From Octopus sinensis (taxonomy: Eukaryota): a DNA stretch of 64,000 nt. The position numbers and the translations under genes were made by a program. The stretch spans positions 36,022,001 through 36,086,000 of the forward strand of contig NC_043014.1 in NCBI RefSeq assembly GCF_006345805.1, read 5' to 3'. This document shows positions 11,871 to 24,690 of this stretch, in pieces (position 1 is the stretch's first letter; each line of letters begins with the position of its first letter). The notes beneath the pieces were generated by a model. The model was not told the DNA's origin. It did not search any database and saw nothing but the letters and a program-made list of their open reading frames with translations.

Positions 11871-12219
11871 TGCATTGATTTACCTGGGGACTTATAATGA
11901 TGTAACGACAGCCCCTCCCATAGGATAACTACCAGTCACAAATTTCCCAAAGTCTTGCTCAGAAAAGTTTCATGCTCCATTCCATCTGTTGTTGTTTAGC
12001 CAAACCTCAACACTGATTTCCCAGGGTAATGATCAAAAGTATTCCTGTGGCAATTTTACTGGTTTAACTGCCGAGATAGATAGGAGCAAAATGTCAACAA
12101 GTTCTAGGGTACAGAGACTAAGGTAATATCAGTAAGAAAAAAATGAAAGGACAAGGTTTGAGAGCAAGGAATAGCATAAATTTGACAGTGTTCTTAAATG
12201 AAAACAAAGAAATACTCAC

Positions 12220-12256
12220 CGAGTTGGTGGTGGACCAGTTGACTTGGGTTTAGTAT
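12220..12256 (-). CDS. Ig-superfamily receptor exon 6 (juxtamembrane, Pro-rich)
   Basis: Acceptor ttttctattaattttgtag|AT and donor TCG|gtgagt; 37 nt, phase 1-2; DTKPKSTGPPPT(R). Confidence 0.8.
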
Positions 12257-13039
12257 CTACAAAATTAATAGAAAATAAAAATGGAAAATAAGATTACTAA
12301 GATTAATAATAATATACATAATAACTAAATGTCAAGGTGTTAAGTTACTGACTATGTATGTGATTATAAGTTCAAATCTTACTACATCCATTGTATTGTG
12401 CCTCTGAACAAAGCAGGCAAATTCTGATGCATGTTTTGCTCAAGACTGAAGAAAAAGGTTAAAAGAGAGAAAAAAAAAACAAGGAAATAAGTTAACTCTG
12501 AAGTTCTGGGTACTAGAACAACTTAACTGTTTTTTCCAGCAAAAAGAATTTGTAATTGTTTGCCTAATTTAAGAATACTATCATTTGAGAAAGGCAGAAC
12601 ATCATTTCAATCCATTTGCCACCGCTCACCATTTTTATCTCTGACAAAATGCAAGGCTTTTGACTAAAGTAGTGGCTGACAGAAACAATACTATTCCAGA
12701 CAAAATGCTATGCAACATTTAGTTACAACTACCTGTATCCCATGTTCAATCTCACTATGGCTGACTTTACCTTTCTTTTTGTCCATGGGTCAGCTAAATA
12801 AGTTCTAGTCAATCAAGTACTGGTGTTAGTTTAATCACTGGTCTCCTCCCCAAAAATGTAGCCTTCTTCAAATTTAGGACATTATTATTAAGATTAAGGA
12901 AAGCACAATGGCTAGCAAAATCAGTGGAGTATCAGAGACAGTGCCTTCATATGAATGTAACTTTCTTCTTTTGCAACAGTTCCGGTCAAATACTAGAATC
13001 AGTTTAATTGTTAGTTCTCTCCTGCCAATGTAAGATACT

Positions 13040-13165
13040 AGTTTCAAATGTTGGCACAAGGCCAGCAAGTTCAATTGTATCAACCCCAGTGTTCAACTGG
13101 TACTTATTTCATCAACCCTGAAAGGATGAAAGGTAAAGTAGACCTTGGTGGAAATTGAACAGCCA
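13040..13165 (-). mobile_element. diverged family B-like SINE fragment
   Basis: Core ccctgaaaggatgaaaggtaaagtagacc. Confidence 0.7.
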
Positions 13166-14136
13166 AGGAATAATGTAGTGGATGATAGAAATGGTAAGAG
13201 TATTCAGCTATGTCCGATTAGGGTCGTCATAGATCAAATCTCACTAAGGAGTCAACTTCCAGGTTGATAAGTAATATTGTGAGTACAGTGAATCAGATAT
13301 TGAATTAAATACCTCGTATTTAGGTACAGCATTTAATTGATTGATTTCAAATCCCACTGTCTTTCATCCCTCCTGAGTTGACAAAATCATTTCAGTTAAT
13401 TATACTTCATATATCTGTGGCTCCATCAAAACAAGCTGTTTACTACATACAACACCTCCACCTGCTTCTGGTACTTTAAGTCAGTCAGTTTTATTCACAG
13501 GAGTATATGAGCTTCTTTCTTTATCCATCAGTAAGAATTAGGTGAGTTACCACAACTAGCATTTAAGGCAGATTCTCCCTTCACATCCAACGCATAACAA
13601 AGATCTAATGCTTCAAATCCCCTAAGTCATCGACTTTCAGTTACACTGAAGCTGTTCACACACAGACAAACTAGTTTCATACCACAATGCCTCCAAGAGC
13701 TTCAGCAATCACGAACATTGCTAGATGTTCAATTCAAATGCCTTTACATTATTTCAATAGCATAAAGCAGTTATGAAGAGAAAGGAAGGGAAAATGAATG
13801 AGGAGTAGTTAAATGAAAATAGTCACAAAAGATAACAAATTCATTAAAACTACAAAGAAAAAATAAGGATGAAAAAACACAAGATAAATAATAAACCACT
13901 TAAAATAAGAAATTATTAAAAAAACAGTTAAATATTCTAAACGTTATATTAACAAGATAATAAAATATATGGGACCAGTTACCAAAAAAAAATAACATGA
14001 ACTAATTAAGAGTATTTATTAAAAATGGGTTAAGAAAAAGCTACATAAAGATAAAGTTAAGGAATTTATAAGAAAAATTTCTTAAGTGTGTGTAAGAAGA
14101 AAATGAAAATAAATTTGTATGTGGTATATTACTCAC

Positions 14137-14250
14137 CTGGTTTGTCTGCTTTCTTGCGAATAACAAAGAACCAAATTAAAAGAACAACAAGTACGATAAG
14201 GGCTATAACACCAAGAACAATACCAGCAATTGTACCACCATCCAATCCAC
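14137..14250 (-). CDS. Ig-superfamily receptor exon 5 (transmembrane helix)
   Basis: Acceptor tttttttcttggtaacag|GT and donor CCAG|gtgagt; 114 nt, phase 1-1; GGLDGGTIAGIVLGVIALIVLVVLLIWFFVIRKKADKP (GxxxG-type TM segment plus RKK stop-transfer). Confidence 0.92.
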
Positions 14251-14284
14251 CTGTTACCAAGAAAAAAAAAAGCAATAATAATAA

Positions 14285-15500
14285 TAATGACTTCTGATTT
14301 TGGCACAAGGTCAGCAATTTTGAGGGGAAGTGGTTGGTCAATACTATCAATTCCAGGTGACTGGTATTTTATTTCATCAAACCGAATAGATGAAAGACAA
14401 AGTTGACCATGGTGGAATTTGAACTCAGAATTGGAAAGAAATATGCCAAGACATTTTCTGACATTTAACAATTCTGACAGCTCACTAATAATAATAATAA
14501 TAATCCTTTCTACAACAAGCACAATATCTGAGATTTTGTGAGAGAGGTGTAATCAATTACGTTGATTCCAGTGCTCAACAGGTACTTCATCAATCCCAGA
14601 AGGATAAAAAGGTAAAGCTGACCCAGGCAGAATTTGAACTCAAAATATAAAGCAGGAATAAATGCTGCTAAGCATTTTGTCCAATGTATTAATGATTTTG
14701 CTAGCTCACTGCCTTGATGATGATGATGATAATAATAATAATAATACAGTTCTGTTAAATAATGTAAATGATATAATAATTTTAATAATAATCCTTTCTA
14801 CTATAGGTAGAAGGCCTGGAATTTTTTTTTGGGTGGTGGTGATAGTTGATTACATCAACCCCAGTATGCAACTGGTACTTAATTTATCAACCCTGAAAGG
14901 ATGAAAGGCAAAGTTGACCTCGGAGGAATTTGAACTCAGAACATAAAAATGGACAAAATACCGCTGAGTTAATTTTGCCCAGCGTAGTAATGGTTCTTCC
15001 AAGCCCAGCTTCACCCAGGATTAAGTTGGGATTATTAAGCTAATCAAGTTCTTTATTTCAAACCAAACTAAGTAACATCGACGTCAAATCTGAGCAAAAT
15101 CCGTTGAAATTAGTAAACTTTTGGCTGAAAATGAGTTGCAGATAACTTGATTGGGAAATCCCATAAGGAATTGGTTTATCGATTTTTTTTTTTTTTTTCG
15201 CTTTTGCTATCAGTTTGACTTTTCAGCCCAAATAGGACTTAACCGAACACAACATTGCTGATTCAAAAACATCGATATTTATACTTTAAAGTTGGTTTTC
15301 ACACCTAACCCAATTTAGAACGTAGCGACAGATGAAATACTGTTAAGCATTTCACACAGCATGCTAACAATTATGCCAGCTCACCACCTTAACAGTAATA
15401 ATGATGATAATGACAATAATGATGATGATGCTTTCAAATTTTGGCACAAAGCCAGCAATTTTGTGGAGGGGGTAAGATGATTACATCAACCCCAGTGCTC
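14285..15500 (-). mobile_element. cluster of old family B-like SINEs with (AAT)n tails
   Basis: Repeated cores at about 14390, 14600 and 14895, with (AAT)n runs between them. Confidence 0.75.
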
Positions 15501-15715
15501 AACTCATAATAATAATAATAATAAAAATAATAATACATAGGCAAAATATTAAAATTTTGAAGGAGGTACATAAGCAATTTAATCAACCCAGTATACTTTA
15601 GAGGTACTCTTTTTACAGATCTGGAAAGATGTGAGACAAGGTAAGCCTCAGTGCCATTGAACTTGGAATGAAGAGAGATTTGGAACAAAGCATTCTGTTC
15701 AACCTTCCACCACCA

Positions 15716-15913
15716 ATACTCTTTTACTTGTTTCAGTCATTTGACTGCAGCCATGCTGGAGCACCGCCTTTAGTCGAGCAAATCGACCCCGGGACTTATT
15801 CTTTGTAAGCCCAGTACTTACTCTATCGGTCTCTTTTGCCGAACCGCTAAGTGATGGGGGCGTAAACACACCAGCATCGGTTGTCAAGCAATGCTAGGGG
15901 GACAAACATACAC

Positions 15914-15966
<53 letters not shown>

Positions 15967-16123
15967 TACGATGGGCTTCTTTCAGTTTCCGTCTACCAAA
16001 TCCACTCACAAGGCATTGGTCGGCCCGGGGCTATAGCAGAAGACACTTGCCCAAGGTGCCACGCGGTGGGACTGAACCCGGAACCATGTGGTTGGTTAGC
16101 AAGCTACTTACCACACAGCCACT
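15716..16123 (-). mobile_element. SINE family A (near-consensus, young)
   Basis: Full-length with a (TA)n centre. Confidence 0.92.
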
Positions 16124-16411
16124 AACAAACGTTTAAAAAAAATTTTTTTTTTTTTTGGTCTTTGATCAGTAAATGTTATTTCCTATTTGATTCTATCTAG
16201 AAACCAAAGTAAATAATTATTATTCTCTTCTCTGCTTCTGTGATTTGGACATCAATGTTTTGAATCTGACCTATTTTTCATTACATTACATCACAGATTC
16301 AACATTGAGGTGATGAAGCAGAAATATTGTTATAGCAAATATTCTGTTCAATACCACACATTTGCTTGTTAGTTGCTTGATTGCTTGAACATGTCCCATA
16401 GTGGCTGACAA

Positions 16412-16650
16412 TATACTCTCTTTTACTTGTTTCAGTCATTTGACTGTGGCCATCCTGGAGCACCGCCTTTTGTAGACCAAATCGACCCCAGGACTTATCC
16501 TTTGTAAGCCTAGTACTTATTCTATCGGTCTCTTTTGCCGAACTGCTAAGTTACGGGGATGTAAACACACCAGCATTGGTTGTCAAGCGATGAGGGGCAG
16601 AGGGCAAACACAGACACAAAAACATATACACACACATACATACATATATA
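16412..16650 (-). mobile_element. SINE family A 3' half
   Basis: Match to the consensus 3' half. Confidence 0.85.
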
Positions 16651-16669
16651 TATTGCTCTCTTACTCAAT

Positions 16670-17270
16670 AATAATGGTTTAAAAATATGCCACAAAACTA
16701 GCAATTTCGGAGTAAGGTAGTGAGTCAATCACACTGACCCCAGTACTCAACTGTCGCTTATTTTATCAACCCCGAAAGGATGACAGGTAAAGTTGACTGA
16801 CAGAATTTGAACTCAGTATGTAAAGAAGGACAAAATAATAAGCATTTTGCCTTGTTTTCTAACATTTCAGCCAGCTTGACATAATAATAATAATAGTAAT
16901 AATAATAATAATCCTTTCTACTATAAGTACAAGGTCTGAAATTTGTGAGGAGGGAGTTGATTACAGTGACCTCAGTGCTCAGCTGGTACTTAATTTATCG
17001 ACCCTGAAAAGATGAAAGGTTATGTTGGCCTTGGCAGAATTTGAACCCAAATATCAAAGAACATAACTAAATACCATAAAACATTTTGCCCAGTGCCCTG
17101 CTATTCACTGTCAGGTGAATCAATCCTAATAACACTTATTTTATTGATATCTGGAGGATGATGATGGGGAGGATTATAAAACAACAAAGTAATTCAGATG
17201 TGGAATTTGAACACAGATGGTATATGTACTTTAAAACATTTGGGTTGATATGTTTACCAATTATGCTAAT
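16670..17270 (-). mobile_element. old family B-like SINE cluster
   Basis: Cores at about 16770 and 17000. Confidence 0.7.
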
Positions 17271-17337
17271 CAAAAATAGTTATTTTAAAATTAATGAGAA
17301 TATTCTGAAATGAAATAAAGATAAGAAATTTATTTAC

Positions 17338-17379
17338 CTGCAGTACCAACAACAGGTGCCTCTGTCACTGGAATGCGAC
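17338..17379 (-). CDS. Ig-superfamily receptor exon 4 (Pro/Thr stalk microexon)
   Basis: Acceptor tttttttttaatgtag|GT and donor GCAG|gtaaat; 42 nt, phase 1-1; GRIPVTEAPVVGTA. Confidence 0.8.
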
Positions 17380-17564
17380 CTACATTAAAAAAAAACACAT
17401 GCAGAAATCATGCAAGAACCATGCATTATATTTATAGAGGGATCTGACATGCAATAATTTAAGGAGGTGAAGCACAGACTTTGAAATTTTTCTAATTTTT
17501 AATAAATTTTAAAATTCCCAAATGCATCAAAATTTTATATTTATGTTTCCTATTTTTGATAGCC

Positions 17565-18130
17565 ACCACAAGAGCCCAGTTTTTGTTGTTGGGTGAGAGT
17601 TTGTGTGCCTCAGTGACCCTGAGAAGAATTATACCTACTTCTTTACTACCCACAAGGGGCTAAGGGCTAAACATAGAGGGGACAAACAAGGACAGACAAA
17701 GGGATTAAGTCGATTATATCGACCCCAGTGAGTAACTGGTACTTATTTAATCGACCCCGAAAGGATGAAAGGCAAAGTCGACCTCGGCGGAATTTGAACT
17801 CAGAACGTAGCGGCAGACGAAATATGGCTACGCATTTCGCCCGGCATGCTAACGTTTCTGCCAGCTCGCCACCTTACTTGTGTGCCTCAGTGACCCTGAG
17901 AAGAGCTATACCAGCAAAGCACAACCTGCTGGTAGGGCCTCCCACGCCAGACAGGTCAAAGGATAGAGGCCAGACTAATATGGACCAACTCTTCCCAGAG
18001 GAAAAAACATGTTTGATGTAGGGCCAATGCCTCGACCTAGAAAGAAAGCAATGTTACTGTAGCATTAAAGACAATTCAAAATCAATAAGACCTGGGGGAG
18101 AGGAAGACAGGCCAAAGTCAAGAATAGTGA
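17565..18130 (+). mobile_element. RTE-like 5' UTR relic interrupted by a family B SINE (17636-17873, minus)
   Basis: gagagtttgtgtgcctcagtgaccctgagaagagctatacc...ctggtagggcctccc...agacaggtc resembles RTE/Expander 5' UTRs (recalled, not searched). The SINE is flanked by a 27-35 bp duplication. Confidence 0.6.
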
Positions 18131-18725
18131 AAAAAATCAGCAATGGTTCGTTCATGTTCTATAGGGAGCAAAGGACCTAAAATAACTTATATTCATTCAA
18201 GTGTGTGTGTGTGCACGCACGTGTGTTTGCTTGCACTGGAAGTAGAGCAAAATATGTTCAATTCAAAGTTAGATTTCAAATATAATTTAAAAACAAAAAA
18301 CAAATTGTTTTCTAAAATATTCATTCAAGATTCAAATCGTAGCCATTAAAGAAAAATTTTAACTCACCCCCACCCCTTCAGTTATAAACAATTTTAACAA
18401 ATTTAACAATTTCAAATTGTAAGCCTGATAAAATTAATGTTGTATATGAGCTGCACAAAGTTTAAAGGGGCATCATATAAGCAAAAGGTTAGCCCAAAAG
18501 TCTGGGCTTTTTGTTGACACTAAATTTTAAGTAATCTAATAACTAGATAACCTTGTCCCATGAAATACTTGACACTTCAACATTGTTCAACACGAACTTG
18601 CAACAAGAAGTTATATTTTGTGTGCTTGGTATCAACCTAAGAATGGAGAACCAAGATGACTATTATGAACAGTTTGTCTTTTTATTTTAGAAAAGGCAAG
18701 AAAGCAGTGGGAACATGCAGGATGA

Positions 18726-19125
18726 TATACTCTTTTACTTCTTTCAGTCATTTGACTGCGGCCATGCTGGAGCACTGCCTTTAATTGAGCAACTCGACCC
18801 TGGGACTTATTCTTTTGTAAGCCCAGTACTTATTCTATCGGTCTCTTTTGCCGAACCACTAAGTAATGGGGACATAAACACACCAGCATCGGTTGTCAAG
18901 CAATGCTAGGGGGACAAACAGAGACACACAAACACACACACGCATACATATATATTCATATATACGACGGGATTCTTTCAGTTTCCGTCTACCAATCCAC
19001 TCACAAGGCTTTGGTCGGCCCGAGGCTATAGTAGAAGATACTTGCCCAAGGTGCCACGTAGTGGTACTGAACCCGGAACCATGTGGTTGGTAGACAAGCT
19101 ACTTACCACCCAGCAACTCCTGCAC
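18726..19125 (-). mobile_element. SINE family A
   Basis: Full-length match. Confidence 0.9.
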
Positions 19126-19260
19126 TTATAATCTCCATATATATGTGCTATATATGGAGATTATGTGTGCATGTGCCACAAGTGGTTTTCAAGATTCTGA
19201 TCGCAAAATTTTTCAGTTTTCAATCTGGCCAGCCAACTAAATTTAACAGCAACACCAAAA

Positions 19261-19590
19261 GGCGCAGGAGTGGCTGTGTGGTAAGTAGCTTGCTAACCAA
19301 CCACATGGTTCCGGGTTCAGTCCCACTGCCATCTGGCCATCCTGGAGCACTGCCTTGACCAATGTAAGTCAAAAAATTGATCCCTGTACTTATGTCTTAA
19401 GTCTGGTACTTATGCTATCAGTCTCTGTGCCAAAATGCTAAGTTATGGGGATGTAAACATACTAATACTAGTCATCAAAGTGAGTGGTAGGAACAGACAC
19501 ACATATACATGATAGGTTTCCATCTCCCAAATTCCTTCAGAATGCATTGATTAGCCTGGTGCTATAGTAGAAAACACCTGCCTAGAAATC
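19261..19590. mobile_element. family A head (plus, 19261-19329) joined to an older minus family A body
   Basis: Orientation switch at about 19330. Confidence 0.7.
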
Positions 19591-19592
19591 AC

Positions 19593-19965
19593 ATGACTGC
19601 CAGTCGGTGCGGCGCTGGCAACGGCCACGTTCGGATGGTTCTCTTACGTACCACCAGCACTGGTATCACAGCTGCAATTTCCATTGATGTTGATCGATTT
19701 CGATTTTCACTTGCCTCAACAGGTCTTCACAAGAAGAGTTTTGTGTCCCAAGAAGGAAAGGTATGCATAGGTAGACTGGCTACATCCCATGTAGAGGCCA
19801 CGGGTTATGGTCTCACTTGTCCTGCTGGGTCTTCTCAAGCATAGCATACTTCCAAAGGTCTTGGTCTCTAGTCATTTCCTCAGTGAGACCTAAAGTTCGA
19901 AGGTCACGCTTCACCACCTCGTCCCAGGTTTTCCTGGGTCTGCCTCTTCCACGGGTTCCCGCAAC
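19593..19965 (-). mobile_element. 5'-truncated RTE LINE 3' end plus UTR
   Basis: The reverse complement encodes RGRPRKTWDEVVKRDL-like sequence, followed by the UTR seen at 4561-4740. Confidence 0.85.
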
Positions 19966-20529
19966 CGTCCCTCACATGTGCATACATATGATGGTAGTGG
20001 AGGCATCTATGTCTAAGGTCTGGAAGTAGAAGGTGAGTTGTTCATGTATTCTGTTGAATACATTCATTGTCATCGATATGTATATCACTTCCTCTATTTG
20101 TGTTAATTCTTTAAGAGCATCAATAGGATTTTATTTCATTATTGTTTGTCAAGCAGTCATTTTTCCCAGTCAGGTTGATGAAGTACCAAAGTTGGTTTCT
20201 ATTCTTTATACTCACCCCAGTGCTTTTTTATTCTTTCTGCTATGCTACGGTCCATTTCCACTATGTAAGCTATGGTGGTGTTTTTGCATGTACCTTCCAT
20301 GCATTTCTTATATAAACATTTCTGAGCTTACAATTTATCCTACAATTCATTTCACATATTATGTACAGTAGTCCTTTTGGAAGATTATGTCTTACTTATC
20401 TGTAATCAAATGGATCTGCTACAATTTTCAGATACTTTAAGTTTCGTTTTGTTTTATGATTTCTAGAATTTATATACTTGTTTACTATTAGGAGTAGCAT
20501 CAATCAACATTAATCCTTCGAATTTGTCA

Positions 20530-21838
20530 TATGAGGTGGTATCAAAAAAGTTCCCAGATGAGTTATATTTAATAAAAAATAACTTATTTACCTTAGTTTT
20601 AATATGATCTCCTTTGAAGTAGTCATTTTGCACAGCAATATGCTGGTTCCAGCATTCTTGCCACCTTTGGAATCTGGCTTGGAAATCATTTTCCATAAAA
20701 GAATCGAAGACCTTATGCAATTGGCTCTTGATCTCAACAACGGTGTTAAAATAGTTACTTTTGAGCAGCATTTTCATCTTGGGGAGGAGATGGAAGTCCA
20801 CAGGTGCTAAATCTGGTGAACAAGATCCGGTGGATAGGATTGGTGCAGAAGCAAAATCATATTGTTTTTGGTGAGAAACTCATCAGTTAAGAGAACTCAG
20901 TGACAGGGTGCACTGTCATCATGAAGAACCTAATTCTTTGCGCTCCACAGATCCAGTTGCTTTTGCTGAATGCCCTCTCTCAAATACTTCAAAATGTTGC
21001 AGTAGAACTCTCAATTGACAGTCTGAGCATGGGGGAATGAATTCTCAATGCACAATACCTGCAGATGTTAAAAAAAACAACAAAACAACGAGCATGCTCT
21101 TGATCGAGTTGTAGCTCTGTCGTGCCTTCTTCTGTCGCAGTGATGAAGGGCAGTTCCACTGTGACAACTGCTCTTTCATCTCAGGCTTGTACTCGTAGAC
21201 CCAACTCTTGTCACCGGTGATAATCCTCGACATGAAGGATGAGTCGTCAGCTGCATGCTGATGGAGATCTCAAAAGACTGATGCGATGTTCTTTCTGATC
21301 AGTGGTCAGCAGGTGGGGGACAAACTTGGCAGAGACATGCTGCATGTTCATTTCAGACATTAGGATAGCCTACAGAATCCACATGAGAGACCAACAACAT
21401 CAGGAATGTCACTGATTGTCCTCCTGTGATCCTCATATACAAGCTGATGAATTTTCTCAACATTTCTGGGGATGATGCTTGTGGCAGGTTTTCCAGATTG
21501 CTCGTCGTCTTCCCAGGACATTCTTTTGCTTCTAAAGCAACTGTGCCACTCAAAACATTGTGTATGACCCATTGTCTCATTGTTGTAAGCTTGCCAAAGC
21601 ATGCTCAATGTAGCAGACTTCTGAAGTTTAATGCAAAATTTCACATTGGCTCTTTGTTTCAACTTGCTGTCCATGACAAAATCACAGACTTCAGCATACA
21701 CATGATCACAAAAACAGAAATTTCACAACTTGCAAAGTAAACAGCACACTGCTAGCTCTCACTGCACACACAACTCTGTGCTGTCATCTGTTGGTGAACT
21801 CCAGAACTAGTCCAGAAACTTTTTGATACCACCTTGTA
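20530..21838 (-). mobile_element. full-length but decayed mariner transposon
   Basis: TA-flanked TIRs (tgaggtggtatcaaaaaagtt / aactttttgataccaccttg), about 1.3 kb. Frameshifted transposase pieces: KQRANVKFCIKL (HTH), IITGDKSWVY (first D), DFHLLPKMK, RWQECW...DYFKGD. Confidence 0.9.
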
Positions 21839-22086
21839 GAAGGAGTTGTTTACCTAACCTACTTTCTTATTCTTTTTAATCTAGTCTATGACCTGCTACA
21901 GATCTTCAATAACCAGGCAGTAGCTCAAAACACTTTGCAAGAATTCATCAATTGCAAAACTTCAAAATTCTATATTACTGGAATATATAGATAGGTTTTT
22001 TGTTAGCAAAAATGTGCAAATTATAACAGTTATTATTTCAATCAAATTAGTTCAAAGCTTAGATACACTGCTTTGAATATGATGGT

Positions 22087-22315
22087 TTAACCCTTTAGCA
22101 TTAAAACCAGCCATATCCGGCCAAAAATATTCTACCTGTTTTATGTTCAAACTGGCCAGAACTGGTCTCTCACACCAACCCTACAATATCGTTTTAAAAA
22201 TTAACTGCTACCTCATCAAAATCTCATAGCTACAAGGTAATGCATGATTAATTCAAAACAATGTAGATGAAGAAGCATTAATTTTGGCAGAATAATGCGA
22301 ACACTAAAGGGTTAA
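22087..22315. mobile_element. piggyBac-type MITE (TTAA TSD)
   Basis: TTAA-ccctttag...ctaaaggg-TTAA. A partial relative lies at 40770-40874. Confidence 0.85.
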
Positions 22316-23410
22316 AGACAATTATTTTTACCCCACACTAATAAAAGGTTGGTTTCTTATTTATTCCTAATTTAGTTTACATTCTCCTTACATTTGCTAT
22401 AGTTATCCTTGATTCTTTCTGCAAATTCACTTTATGATTTTCAATTTTGGAGTTGAACCCTTAACTAATTTTCCTAGTTAGTGCAATTTGAATCCTCACA
22501 AAAGCAACACTACTTTAAGGTTTGCTATGCTTTGATAAATGGCCTTGAATATTATTTGTGATGCTGGTTATTTTTGCTGTTTAGCACCAGTTCTGCCATC
22601 AAAGATAGTCCATCCATAATCATCTTGTCTTTAATTCATGTAAAATAGGATCATATTATACAAATGCTCATTGCTTTCTAGATATTGTGGTATAATTTGA
22701 GGGAAATTGAGTAGCCCTTTCTAGTACATAAAGTAACCACATACAGGACACTCTGGGTGATGGTGGCTGTAGTAAAAATGGTGATGAGGATGATGATGCC
22801 AATTGTTTTATAGCTCTATGCTGTTAACTGATTGAGCAGACTTATGACCAAAGGTGTTCTAGCAATGACATCTCAATAACCTTTTCAGATATAGTGTGGG
22901 GAAGATGACATTGTGCAACATATGTTTCCTTTAAGACTAAAAAAGGCATGACCTGAGTGAGATCTGACTGCTGTTTAAGTAGGCTGAGTGACCACACAAA
23001 TGTTTCCTTGATAGTGGAGGTGATAATGAGGGTGTCGAGGGAGTAAAAATGATGATGGTGATTAAACATGAATATAAATTTATGTGTACAAATATACCTG
23101 TCCATGGAAGTACAGGTATATGCATATGCTTATTCAAGTATGTGCATAAACAGGTATTCATGTGCACAGACACATACATACATACATACAGAAGCAGATG
23201 TTCACACTTGCAAAAAATGACTGCACATACATTTGTAAAAACAAACACACAAACATGCATAAACACATGCAAAAGTATAAAAGTACAAAAAATATGGAAT
23301 CGAACTCGTGTATGCACACATGCATAGTGACAATGTAGGAGCTGCCTGCATCTATAAAAAAGAAAATTAGAGTAAACAATGTAAAAGAAAGAAAATTTGT
23401 TTGCTTTTAC

Positions 23411-23722
23411 CTGGGATGGAGAATGTATGGGAACGGCTTTCTGAAAATATTGTACAGGTGATGGTTGTATTGCTGCTGTCTCTAATTGTCACATTGTACC
23501 TATAATCAGATTTTACTGTAGTATAACAATTGCTACTTTTTGGCACTTGTACTCTTCTGTCTTCTGATTCTACCCCATCTATATTGTTACCACGATTTAC
23601 AGTCCATCTGAAGACGACAGAACTCTCAGATGATGCAACATCTGCATCACATGTGAAGGTAGATATCTGGTTCTCCTCAGGCGGTGGGAAGGGTTCTCGC
23701 AAACTCCTTATAGAAGATTTCA
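23411..23722 (-). CDS. Ig-superfamily receptor exon 3 (C2-set/CD80-like Ig domain)
   Basis: Acceptor tttcttacatttctttacag|TG and donor CCAG|gtaaaa; 312 nt, phase 1-1. Encodes VKSSIRSLREPFPPPEENQISTFTCDADVASSESSVVFRWTV...NCYTTVKSDYRYNVTIRDSSNTTITCTIFSESRSHTFSIP, with the C...W...C Ig pattern. Confidence 0.9.
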
Positions 23723-23844
23723 CTGTAAAGAAATGTAAGAAATTATATACCATCATCATCATTTTACATATGCTCATCAATCTGGCATGGGTTGGATACT
23801 AACATATGTAAATCATAAGACAATAATCCTCACAATATAATATG

Positions 23845-24072
23845 TATTTCCTTACTACCCACAAGGGGCTAAACACAGAGGGGACAAACAAGGACAGACA
23901 AACAGATTAAGTCGATTACATTGACCCCAGTGAACTGGTACTTAATTTATCGACCCCGAAAGGATGAAAGGCAAAGTCGACCTCGGCGGAATTTGGACTC
24001 AGAACGTAGCGGCAGACAAAATACCGCTAAGCATTTCGCCCGGCATGCTAACGTTTCTGCCAGCTCGCCGCC
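23845..24072 (-). mobile_element. SINE family B
   Basis: Near-consensus; TSD aatataatatg. Confidence 0.92.
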
Positions 24073-24372
24073 TTATAATATAATATGGTTACACCGACAC
24101 AATGTTCATACAATATAAAGCTAAAATGTTTGACATCACTCAAACTATCTGAAACGCTGTTATACAATGTGAGCAGCTGCTTCCTAGCTTTCAAATAACT
24201 TTATAGCTCCAACCAGGGTGGAACAGAGCTTAAGACTATATAAACACAAGAACGACACATACTCACCTAGTCATTTATGTATGATTGTGTACACCAACAC
24301 ACACACATAGGCATGTGCATGTATGTACATGTGTACTCATATAACACACATGTAAATAGAACATGTACATAC

Positions 24373-24690
24373 ATCATCATCATCATCATCGTTTAACGTC
24401 CGCTTTCCATGCTAGCATGGGTTGGACGGTTCAACTGGGGTCTGGGAAGCCAGAAGGCTGCACCAGGCCCAGTCTGATCTGGCAATGTTTCTACGGCTGG
24501 ATGCCCTTCCTAATGCCAACCACTCTATGAGTGTAGTGGGTGCTTTTTACGTGCCACCGGCACAGCTGCCAGATGCGGCTAGCAAACGGCCATGGTCAGA
24601 TGGTGCTTTTTACATGCCACCGGCACGGGGGCCAGGCGAGGCTGGCAACGGCCATGATCAGACGGTGCTTTTTACGTGCCACCAGCACAG
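24373..24690 (-). mobile_element. RTE 3' UTR copy (family C)
   Basis: (CAT)n tail and 2-3 internal units. Confidence 0.88.
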
